Origin: Lachnospiraceae bacterium
Lineage (GTDB): Bacteria; Bacillota; Clostridia; Lachnospirales; Lachnospiraceae
Length of the DNA: 64,000 nucleotides
NCBI GenBank assembly: GCA_024697065.1
Contig: JAILGE010000007.1
Coordinates: 52,658 to 116,657 of the forward strand
Direction: 5' to 3'
Positions within the stretch are counted from its first letter, which is position 1, and each line of letters begins with the position of its first letter. The notes below the pieces were generated by a model. That model was not told the origin of the DNA, ran no database searches, and saw only the letters and a list, made by a program, of their open reading frames with translations. A program made the translations under genes and the position numbers. Of the stretch, positions 1-8,155 are shown in pieces.

Positions 1-1073
1 TTCCCGGAGATCCTTTTGAAAAGCTTGTTGTTCATGATATCGAGACCATTCTCGCAGACGATGAGGTTAAGGTCGTATGTGAAGCAATGGGAGGAGTTGA
101 GCCTGCTTTTACATTCTCCAAGAGAGCCATGGAAGCCGGCAAGAGTGTCTGCACTTCCAATAAGGAGCTTGTTGCCGCAAAGGGCGATGAGCTTATGAAG
201 ATCGCTAAAGAGAATAATGTTAATTATCTTTTCGAAGCAAGCGTAGGAGGCGGTATTCCCATTATCCGTACTCTTAATGATGCGCTTACCGCTGAGAGGA
301 TCGAGAGCATTCAGGGAATCCTCAACGGAACAACAAATTATATTCTTACCAAGATGGAAAGGGAAGGCGCCGATTTCGACGGAGTGCTTAAGGAAGCACA
401 GGAGAAGGGCTATGCAGAGCGCAATCCCGAAGCTGATATCGAAGGTTATGATGCATGCAGAAAGATCGCCATACTTGTATCCGTGATCTCACATAAGAAG
501 GCGGATTGGGAGAAGGTAAGAACAGAGGGTATCACAAAGATCACTCCCGAAGATTTCAGGTATGCACATAAGTTAGGACGTACCATCAAGCTCATTGCCA
601 TGTGTGAGAAGAAAGGCGACGGATACTATGCAATGGTATCCCCCCGTATGATAAAGCAGGATAATCCTATCAACGCAGCTCAGGACGTATTCAATGCCGT
701 GCTTGTTCATTCCGATATGCTTGATGATTCACTCTACTACGGAAGAGGAGCAGGTAAGCTTCCGACAGCCTCTGCTGTTGTCGGAGATGCCATAGAAGAG
801 GCCCGTCATATCGGAGAGCATTTTTCCGCAGGCTGGACTTCCGAGGAAGCAAAGCTCCTTGATATCGATACATACAAGACATCATATTTTGTAAGACTCA
901 AGGGCGCTGCTGCTGACAGAAAGGCTGAACTGGAAGGAGCTTTTTCCAAATTCGAGCTTGTGGATGCAGGTATTGACGGAGAATTTGGAATTGTTACGGG
1001 CGAGCTTGAAGAGGGGGCTTTCCTTAAAGCTTTCGGAAGCCTTAAAGATGCTACAGGTTATATAAGGTTGTAA
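1..1073 (+). CDS. hom: Homoserine dehydrogenase (5' end outside window)
   Basis: Motifs FEASVGGGIPII, GILNGTTNYIL, AQEKGYAE-NP--DIEGYDA and GRGAGKLPTASAV. The frame is open back to base 3, so the true start is upstream of the window. Followed by lysC. Confidence 0.95.
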   Translation, partial: PGDPFEKLVVHDIETILADDEVKVVCEAMGGVEPAFTFSKRAMEAGKSVCTSNKELVAAKGDELMKIAKENNVNYLFEASVGGGIPIIRTLNDALTAERIESIQGILNGTTNYILTKMEREGADFDGVLKEAQEKGYAERNPEADIEGYDACRKIAILVSVISHKKADWEKVRTEGITKITPEDFRYAHKLGRTIKLIAMCEKKGDGYYAMVSPRMIKQDNPINAAQDVFNAVLVHSDMLDDSLYYGRGAGKLPTASAVVGDAIEEARHIGEHFSAGWTSEEAKLLDIDTYKTSYFVRLKGAAADRKAELEGAFSKFELVDAGIDGEFGIVTGELEEGAFLKAFGSLKDATGYIRL

Positions 1074-1110
1074 TAACATCCTTTATATATAAGGAGGAAA
1101 AGAGAGAACT

Positions 1111-2322
1111 ATGCTGATAGTAAAGAAGTTCGGAGGTACGTCGGTAGCTAACAAAGAGCGTATTTTCAATGTCTGCCGCAGATGTATCGAAGAATACAAA
1201 AAGGGCAATGATGTAGTCGTTGTGCTTTCGGCCATGGGAAAAATGACTGATGAGCTCATCGCCAAGGCGAAGGATATTAATCCCAATCCTTCAAAGCGTG
1301 AGATGGATATGCTTTTAACCACAGGTGAGCAGACCTCCGTAGCGCTTGCAGCTATGGCTTTTGATGCGCTCGGCGTGCCTGCGGTATCTTTAAATGCTTT
1401 CCAGGTTGAGATGCGCACAACATCCGCTTATTCCAATGCGAGACTCAAGAGGATCGATACCGAAAGGATCAATCACGAGCTCGATCAGAGGAAGATCGTT
1501 ATCGTTACAGGTTTCCAGGGTGTGAACAAGTACGGAGACTATACAACACTTGGCAGAGGCGGCTCGGATACTACAGCGGTAGCACTTGCTGCAGCTCTTA
1601 AGGCTGATGCCTGCGAGATCTATACGGACGTTGACGGAGTTTACACCGCCGATCCCCGTATCGTTAAGAATGCCAGAAAGCTTTCCGAGATCACTTATGA
1701 TGAAATGCTCGATCTTGCTACTCTCGGTGCGGGAGTGCTTCATAACAGATCGGTTGAAATGGCTAAGAAATACGGCGTACAGCTTGTGGTACGTTCCAGT
1801 CTTACAAATGAAGAGGGAACAGTCGTTAAGGAGGAAGTTAAAGTGGAAAGAATGTTAATTAGCGGTGTAGCTTCTGATAAGAACTGCGCAAAGATTTCTG
1901 TAATGGGAGTAAGCGACAAGCCGGGTGCTGCATTCCGTCTTTTCGATGCTCTTGCCCAGGCAAATATCAATGTAGATATGATCCTTCAGTCTGTAGGTCG
2001 TGACGGAAGACAGGATATAGCATTTACTGTTGTTGGTGATTATGCTGATGATGCTATGAAGACCATTGAGGACAATCAGAAGCGTATCGGCTATGACAAG
2101 GTTGAATGCGAGAAGGGCGTTGCTAAGGTTTCCGTAGTTGGTGCCGGCATGATGAGCAATCCCGGTGTTGCTTCCAAGATGTTCGAATGTCTTTACAACT
2201 CAAATATCAATATCAAGATGATCTCTACTTCCGAGATCCGTGTAACGGTTCTTATCGATGAGAAGGAAGTTGAGCGTGCAATGAATGCGGCTCATGAGAT
2301 CTTCGGTCTTGATGAGGCTTGA
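1111..2322 (+). CDS. lysC: Aspartate kinase
   Basis: KFGGTSV, TTLGRGGSDTTA and DVDGVYTADPR, with two C-terminal ACT domains. RBS AGGAGG upstream. Confidence 0.96.
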   Translation: MLIVKKFGGTSVANKERIFNVCRRCIEEYKKGNDVVVVLSAMGKMTDELIAKAKDINPNPSKREMDMLLTTGEQTSVALAAMAFDALGVPAVSLNAFQVEMRTTSAYSNARLKRIDTERINHELDQRKIVIVTGFQGVNKYGDYTTLGRGGSDTTAVALAAALKADACEIYTDVDGVYTADPRIVKNARKLSEITYDEMLDLATLGAGVLHNRSVEMAKKYGVQLVVRSSLTNEEGTVVKEEVKVERMLISGVASDKNCAKISVMGVSDKPGAAFRLFDALAQANINVDMILQSVGRDGRQDIAFTVVGDYADDAMKTIEDNQKRIGYDKVECEKGVAKVSVVGAGMMSNPGVASKMFECLYNSNINIKMISTSEIRVTVLIDEKEVERAMNAAHEIFGLDEA

Positions 2323-2361
2323 GTCCTTTTGAACTGATACGTTTCGTGACGAGAATATATT

Positions 2362-2394
2362 ACAGCAGAGGAGATACTCCTCTGCTGTTTTTTG
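2362..2394 (+). terminator. Intrinsic terminator after lysC
   Basis: ACAGCAGAGGAG-ATA-CTCCTCTGCTGT 12-bp stem followed by a T run. Confidence 0.85.
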
Positions 2395-2519
2395 TTGCGC
2401 AATAAGGAGATCAAAAACGGAAAAAGTAATATTTTCAAAGATAAAATTCTGATAGAATGTATTTCAGGGCAAACATACAGAGTTGCTGTTTGGTTCATTT
2501 ATGAGCAGATAAGGAGGGA

Positions 2520-3734
2520 ATGATGACTTCTACAGGTCAAAACGCAAATTTACCGGATGCTTCGGGAATACTTGGAACAGTATCAAAAAAGCCCGTATCT
2601 GACGGAGATAAGACTTATGGCATGTCGGATATCTTTCCCGCAAATATGCCTGAATCCGTGCCGGGTATCAGCGCAACAGTCGGAAAGGATGTGTTTGACG
2701 GCGCGGAAGATTTCTTCAGCAAAGACCTTATCAATAATATTTTTGAGATATCCAATGAACTGTATTTAAAGATGCGAGATCCCGCTACCAGTGCGGAAGA
2801 GGATCATGTGACGATAATAAGCCTGCTTACGGATCTGGGAAGAAGGCTGGTTAATGCAGACAGAGCAAGCTTCTGGAGACAGGACAAGGAAGCCGGGACC
2901 ATATGGACAGTTTCGGCAACAGGCACCGGCAGGATTGAGATCCCTATCGGAACGGGAATGGTTGGCAAGGCACTGAAAGAAGGCCGGTCGCTTGTGACAA
3001 ATGATCCGTATAATGATCCTTTCTTTAACGCGGAAGTGGACAGGATAACGGGGTATATAACCAAATCCATACTGGTAATGCCTGTTACCAACAGCAGAGG
3101 CGAGTTTATCGGTGCTTATCAGGTCATCAATAAGCTTGATGGGGACGGTAAGTTCAATATACGCAGAGACTGTAAGAGGCTGTCACTGGCAGCATTTATA
3201 TGTTCCATTACTCTTGAGAGCGAATTGTTCCTGGCTGATGCTGAGAGAGACCGCCTCACAAAGGTACGTAACCGAATAGGTTTTTATCATGATTTCAGTA
3301 TGAGATATGGTGATGGTATAGACAGAAGGGGCAATATGATCGGATCCATGATAATGTGTGATATCGATCATTTTAAAGCTGTAAATGATACCTATGGGCA
3401 TAATGCGGGTGATGCTGTTTTGCGTCATGTTGCTGCTATTGCAGCAGGATCTTTGCGAAGAACGGATACCGTATACAGATGGGGCGGTGAGGAATTCATA
3501 GTATTGCTCAATGATACAGGCATAGAGGGTGCTGTAGCTACCGCTGAAAAGATAAGGGCTGCCGTGGAAGCATCAGAGTGTATATTTGACGGAACGGCTA
3601 TAAGTGTTACTTTAAGCTTCGGCTGCGGGGATATCGATCCTTCTAAGTCGGCTGAAGAAAATATCGCAGTTTGCGACAGGAGATTATATAAAGCTAAAGA
3701 AACCGGGAGAAACCGTGTGGTAAGTGAAGGGTAA
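2520..3734 (+). CDS. GAF domain diguanylate cyclase (GGDEF)
   Basis: GAF-like region (PFFNAEVDRITGYITKSIL) followed by DIDHFKAVNDTYGHNAGD and RWGGEEF. RxxD I-site (RRTD) is present. Confidence 0.92.
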   Translation: MMTSTGQNANLPDASGILGTVSKKPVSDGDKTYGMSDIFPANMPESVPGISATVGKDVFDGAEDFFSKDLINNIFEISNELYLKMRDPATSAEEDHVTIISLLTDLGRRLVNADRASFWRQDKEAGTIWTVSATGTGRIEIPIGTGMVGKALKEGRSLVTNDPYNDPFFNAEVDRITGYITKSILVMPVTNSRGEFIGAYQVINKLDGDGKFNIRRDCKRLSLAAFICSITLESELFLADAERDRLTKVRNRIGFYHDFSMRYGDGIDRRGNMIGSMIMCDIDHFKAVNDTYGHNAGDAVLRHVAAIAAGSLRRTDTVYRWGGEEFIVLLNDTGIEGAVATAEKIRAAVEASECIFDGTAISVTLSFGCGDIDPSKSAEENIAVCDRRLYKAKETGRNRVVSEG

Positions 3735-3786
3735 TGATACGGAGGGACAGTAACGACATATTGATCAGATAAAAAGTTGGACAGGG

Positions 3787-5715
3787 ATGGATAAGATTAA
3801 TAAAGAAAATAAAAAAATAAGCGGATTTGTATATGATGTGCTTTGCATGATCCTGGTGGCAGGTATTGTTTTTTTCCTGACTGTTACCAATGCTTTTACA
3901 AGACTCGATCACATGGCCGGAGATGCACTTTATCAGACCCCGCGCGGTGTATCCGGTCAGATCAAGATAATCGGTATTGATGAAAAAACGCTGGAAAAAT
4001 ACGGCCCCATTAATACCTGGTCCAGATCCGTCTATGCAGAGCTTATAAAAACCCTCACGGCCGATAAGGATAATAAACCGGATATCATCGGTATGGATAT
4101 ACAATTCTCGGGACATGTGGATGAGGCCGGAGATCGGGCTTTTGCGGAGGCGGCAAAAGAATTCGGAGACGTGGTTGTAGTGGGACAGTTTATATATGAA
4201 GATATGCCTCTGACGGATGAGAACGGTATTACCTATTATCCCATTAGGGATTTTTACCTTCCTTATGAAGAACTGGCGGCGGAATGTAATATCGGATACT
4301 CAAATGTTTCACAGGACTCTGACGGTACAGTCAGACGTATTTCCACGGAAAACGCCTATAAGGGGATTACTTACAAAAGTTTTCCCTGGATGATATACCA
4401 AAAGTACTGTGAAAAGAGAAATGAAGAACCGGGGCTTTATTCCATAGACAGATACGGAAGATCCATCATAGATTATTCCGGACGTCCCGGTGATTATGAG
4501 TATATTTCCATGGAAGATGTTTTGGAAGGAAGGATAGATCCCCGTGCCTTTGCCGGATGTATTGTTCTTGTAGGAGCATATGCTCCGGGAATGATGGATA
4601 ATTATAATGTTCCCACCGGAGGAACCCGGCAGATGTACGGTGTGGAAATACATGCGAATATACTTCAGGCCTTTATGCAAAACCGTTTTTCCGTAAACGG
4701 AGATCCGTATTTCTTCGGAGCGATCCTTGCCCTGGCAGCGGCCCTTGTGGTGTTTGCTTTCAGGAGAATGCGTGTTATCGGAGCATCTGTATGCGGTATT
4801 GCTGCAATTGCGGCAGAAGTTGTGTTTGGTGTATTCCTTCATAATAAACACGGTATAGTCATAAGCATAATTTATTTTCCTATAGTGCTTATCGTCTTCT
4901 ATATATACCTCCTGGTGAAGAAATATCTGCAGGAGTATATGAATAAAGCAAGGATACTTAAGGCTTTCAGCAAATATGTTGCCCCGCAGATCATACAGGA
5001 AATATCGGAAACCGGTAATTTCAAAGTAAGTCTTGGCGGTGAGAGCAGGGATATATCGGCTTTGTTTGTTGATATACGTGGCTTTACAACCATGTCCGAG
5101 GCACTGAGTCCCGAGGATGTTGTGGCTATACTGAATCAGTATCTTGCGCTTACTACTAAAGCAGTTTTCGACAATATGGGTACTTTGGATAAGTTTGTCG
5201 GCGACTGCACCATGGCAGTGTTTAATTCTCCTTTTGATCTTGATGATTATGAATTTAAAAGCGTATGTGCCGCAATGGATATCGCAATGGGAAGCGAGCC
5301 GTTGAACAACAGGATCGAAGAACAGTTTGGAAGGAAGATCGGATTCGGGGTAGGAGTTAACTGCGGCCCGGCAGTAACGGGAAATATAGGTTGCGACTTC
5401 AGGATGGACTATACAGCAATAGGAGATACGGTTAATACCGCTGCGAGACTTGAAGCCAATGCGGGAGCGGGAAAGGTCTATATCAGCGATGTCCTTTATG
5501 CCAGAGTAAAGGAGAGAGTGGATGTGGAGGAAGTTGGCGTTATCCCGCTGAAGGGTAAGAAAAACGGTGTGGTTGTTTATTCTGTAACAGCTGTTCATAA
5601 GGATATTCCGGCTCCGGAACCGAAAGAAATGGAAAGACGCAGAAAGCTTTACTGCGTAGCCGGCAACATGCCGGATGAGAGTGAGGAGAAGATTGAAGAA
5701 TCGGGAATAAAATGA
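3787..5715 (+). CDS. CHASE2-domain membrane class III adenylate cyclase
   Basis: N-terminal TM and CHASE2-like region (IIGIDEKTL, GVEIHANIL), then 3 TMs. Cyclase motifs FVDIRGFT, DKFVGD and DYTAIGDTVNTAARLE, with K/D residues of the ATP-specific type. Confidence 0.92.
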   Translation: MDKINKENKKISGFVYDVLCMILVAGIVFFLTVTNAFTRLDHMAGDALYQTPRGVSGQIKIIGIDEKTLEKYGPINTWSRSVYAELIKTLTADKDNKPDIIGMDIQFSGHVDEAGDRAFAEAAKEFGDVVVVGQFIYEDMPLTDENGITYYPIRDFYLPYEELAAECNIGYSNVSQDSDGTVRRISTENAYKGITYKSFPWMIYQKYCEKRNEEPGLYSIDRYGRSIIDYSGRPGDYEYISMEDVLEGRIDPRAFAGCIVLVGAYAPGMMDNYNVPTGGTRQMYGVEIHANILQAFMQNRFSVNGDPYFFGAILALAAALVVFAFRRMRVIGASVCGIAAIAAEVVFGVFLHNKHGIVISIIYFPIVLIVFYIYLLVKKYLQEYMNKARILKAFSKYVAPQIIQEISETGNFKVSLGGESRDISALFVDIRGFTTMSEALSPEDVVAILNQYLALTTKAVFDNMGTLDKFVGDCTMAVFNSPFDLDDYEFKSVCAAMDIAMGSEPLNNRIEEQFGRKIGFGVGVNCGPAVTGNIGCDFRMDYTAIGDTVNTAARLEANAGAGKVYISDVLYARVKERVDVEEVGVIPLKGKKNGVVVYSVTAVHKDIPAPEPKEMERRRKLYCVAGNMPDESEEKIEESGIK

Positions 5716-5836
5716 TGGAACTGAAAAAACAAGGAAATACTAAATCTGTGAATTATCTCCCCAGGCGCAATGAGTATACAAATAACAAAGAAATACAGAG
5801 ATGTAAAATTTTATTATAGAAATATTCGAAAAAGTG

Positions 5837-5864
5837 TTGACAAATAATTATCATGTGGTAGTAT
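5837..5864 (+). promoter_or_regulatory. Strong sigma-A promoter driving the intergenic RNA
   Basis: TTGACA at 5837-5842, 16-bp spacer, extended -10 TGgTAGTAT (5856-5864), and an AT-rich upstream tract. Confidence 0.8.
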
Positions 5865-5869
5865 ATAGA

Positions 5870-6360
5870 CATAGCAACAACACTAGTTGTTGATCACATA
5901 GATCAGAAAGGCGGATCAATGAAACGGATGACAGCAGAAAGGTTGTCTAGGATTACTTGAAGAAGGAGGTACGGTCCACCCGAAAGCTAAGTAAAGTACT
6001 TCAGAGGGAAGGTTCCTAAACAGATGGATGAATTGCATATCGTAACGAGAAAGCGAACAGCGCTCTGTCAATGTGGAACATGAAATCGAGAGGTACAGGA
6101 AGTCGGATCACAGCTTATTTAGGTTTCATCAAAGGAGATAGCGACAGGAAAGCAACAGTCGCGGTTCCGTAGAACCAAAGGTGAAGGATGATGGGCAGAG
6201 AGATCCGGATCGGTAGTCAATTGAATATCGGGGATGTCCGCGATGAGAATCGGTAAACGGACGAAAAGCAGTCAGAATTTATGGAGGTATGGTCCATTGG
6301 ACTACGAATCAGAGTGAGGGCCCTTGCAGATCGAAAATCGGATTTGCAGGGGCTTTCATT
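5870..6360 (+). ncRNA. Candidate large structured non-coding RNA (~490 nt), family unassigned
   Basis: Own promoter and terminator; no ORF of 60 aa or more. Hairpins at 5930-5947, 6141-6162, 6163-6176 and 6236-6262 (GAGA tetraloop). Long-range helices 5919-5925/6123-6129 and 6213-6221/6296-6305. Purine-rich strand. Confidence 0.72.
6313..6360 (+). terminator. Terminator closing the candidate ncRNA
   Basis: GCCCTTGCAGATC...GATTTGCAGGGGC stem (6320-6353), extendable to 6313-6360, followed by TTTCATT. Confidence 0.75.
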
Positions 6361-6456
6361 ATGCGTATTAATATGTTAATATAGCTTTTAATTGTTACAT
6401 TATGTTAACAATTGGATGGATTTTTAATAGAACATGTTTTACGGATGGGAAATGAA

Positions 6457-7842
6457 ATGAGCGAGAATGATAAGATCAATCCTGATGATGCGAAGAGCGT
6501 CAAGAGAAAGATAAGACACAGACGCAGGGTGCGCAATCAGATTTTGTCATATGTTGTATTGCTGATCCTTATAGGGATAGTTTCGGCGGCAGGTGTTATA
6601 GGCGCCAAAAAACTGGTATCTCTGTTTGTTGAGCAGAAGGCCAGGGATGAGGCTGCCATTTCGGAGAATCTGGCATCCCAGGATTCGGTTTCGGATGAGA
6701 ATCTTACAATATCTTCGCCTGATGCAATAAATACTCCTTCGGAGAATTCGGTTTCGGATAATGCTGAAGAGATCGAAGAAAAACCTGAGACGGATCCGGA
6801 GATACTTGCGCTCATTGAATCCATGACACCGGAACAGAAGGCTGGGGCGCTTTTCATGGTAAGCCCTGAGGCTATTACAGGCGTTGACATCGCGACCAGA
6901 GCAGGCGACGGAACGAAGGCGGCTTTGGAAAAATACCCTGTTGGTGCTATCGTGTACAGTAAGCAGAATGTGCTTGATAAGAATCAGTTCATTACCATGG
7001 TGGGGACCACCAGAGAAATGTATGACGGTATATATGCTGCAGATAATGAACTTTTCAGTTTGATGACAGCTGTCAGAGAAGAAGGAGCATTCAATGCCAT
7101 CGCTGAAGGAACGGGAGAAAAAGCAGCAACAGCCGCTTCTGATATCGGAGCATCCGGCGATAAGACCAATGCTTATCAGGCATATCTTGAAATAGGAAGC
7201 TATCTGAATAAGTATCAGATCGATATTGATATCGCTCCTGTCTGCGATGTGGCATCAGAGGGTGGTTATTTCCAGGGGAACAGATCCTTTGGTACCGATG
7301 CTGAAGCTGTGGCTTCCATGACGGCATCTGCAGTATCAGGTCTTTCGGATCAGTCTATCGTATCATGTCTCTCTACATTCCCGGGACAGGGCAGTGTGAC
7401 TGACGGTATCACAGGGGGCAGTACTGCAACGGACAGAAGTCTGGATGATATAAGAGGCTTCGAATATAAGCCTTTTGTTTCCGCTATTGATGAGGGCGCA
7501 GGAATGGTAATGGTAGGTAACCTTGCTGTGGCCGAAGAAGACGGCGCACGAGTTCCTTCCTATATATCTTATGAAATGATCACCGAAGAGCTTAAGGGAG
7601 AACTGGGCTTTGAAGGAGTGGTCATAACCGACGATCTTTCAGTTATCGCAAAGGGGGCGGAATTTGATCAGGGAGAGGCTGCTCTTCGTGCCATAAATGC
7701 AGGCGCGGATATGATCTATGTATCCGGAGATTTTGAGAACACCTATAATGAGGTCCTTAAGGCGATCAATGACGGAGCTATTACAGAGGAGAGACTTAAT
7801 GATGCTCTCGCAAGGATTTATACATTAAAATCCGAAATGTAA
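6457..7842 (+). CDS. Membrane-anchored GH3 (NagZ-like) protein with degenerate active-site motifs
   Basis: Basic N-terminus, a TM and an acidic linker precede a GH3 N-terminal barrel (APVCDV, RSFG, GFEGVVITDDL, AGADMI). The KHFPGHG-type motif reads STFPGQG. Start taken at 6457; the ORF track gives 6412. Confidence 0.8.
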   Translation: MSENDKINPDDAKSVKRKIRHRRRVRNQILSYVVLLILIGIVSAAGVIGAKKLVSLFVEQKARDEAAISENLASQDSVSDENLTISSPDAINTPSENSVSDNAEEIEEKPETDPEILALIESMTPEQKAGALFMVSPEAITGVDIATRAGDGTKAALEKYPVGAIVYSKQNVLDKNQFITMVGTTREMYDGIYAADNELFSLMTAVREEGAFNAIAEGTGEKAATAASDIGASGDKTNAYQAYLEIGSYLNKYQIDIDIAPVCDVASEGGYFQGNRSFGTDAEAVASMTASAVSGLSDQSIVSCLSTFPGQGSVTDGITGGSTATDRSLDDIRGFEYKPFVSAIDEGAGMVMVGNLAVAEEDGARVPSYISYEMITEELKGELGFEGVVITDDLSVIAKGAEFDQGEAALRAINAGADMIYVSGDFENTYNEVLKAINDGAITEERLNDALARIYTLKSEM

Positions 7843-7869
7843 AAAAATTAAAAATATATAAAAAAACAT

Positions 7870-7898
7870 TTGACAAATGAATACCGATGTAGTAATAT
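7870..7898 (+). promoter_or_regulatory. Promoter of tRNA-Gly
   Basis: TTGACA (7870-7875), 17 bp, TAATAT (7893-7898). A leader hairpin TTTTGTCGC...GCGACAAAA lies at 7902-7931. Confidence 0.75.
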
Positions 7899-7938
7899 AG
7901 CTTTTGTCGCGGTGAGTACGAAGCGACAAAAGAAAGAT

Positions 7939-8011
7939 GCGATAGTGGTGCAGTTGGTAGCACACGACCTTGCCAAGGTTGAGCTCGCGGGTTCGAGTCC
8001 CGTCTATCGCT
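7939..8011 (+). tRNA. tRNA-Gly (GCC)
   Basis: Cloverleaf with acceptor GCGATAG/CTATCGC, anticodon loop TTGCCAA and T loop TTCGAGT. CCA is not encoded. Confidence 0.97.
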
Positions 8012-8018
8012 CGTAAAT

Positions 8019-8054
8019 AAAACCCTGTAAGAATGCTTACAGGGTTTTATTTTT
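8019..8054 (+). terminator. Terminator after tRNA-Gly
   Basis: AAAACCCTGTAAG-AATG-CTTACAGGGTTTT followed by a T run. Confidence 0.85.
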
Positions 8055-8155
8055 GCTCGGTTACATATTTGGGAATCTTGGGATTTTATTTCTGCTTCGA
8101 GTGAGTGGAATGAAGCGCAGATCTGAAATTAATGAGTAAGGTGGGATTACATTAT

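Noticed and set aside
4309-5598. 429-aa minus-strand ORF
   Set aside because: Fully antisense to the adenylate cyclase, with no motifs or RBS. Typical shadow ORF, as are the other minus-strand ORFs in the track.
5712-5819. 35-aa ORF overlapping the cyclase stop (ATGA)
   Set aside because: No convincing RBS, AT-rich and without recognisable features. Cannot be supported without conservation data.
5870-6360. Identity as RNase P RNA, tmRNA, 6S or group II intron
   Set aside because: No GAGGAAAGTCC core, no tRNA-like GGGG...CCA ends or tag frame, too long and branched for 6S, and no GTGCG start or complete domain 5 (only a partial GTACGGT resemblance).
5919-6382. Short ORFs inside the candidate ncRNA (10 aa at 5919; GGAGGT-ATG at 6289)
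   Set aside because: One is too short. The other has zero spacing between RBS and ATG and runs through the terminator.
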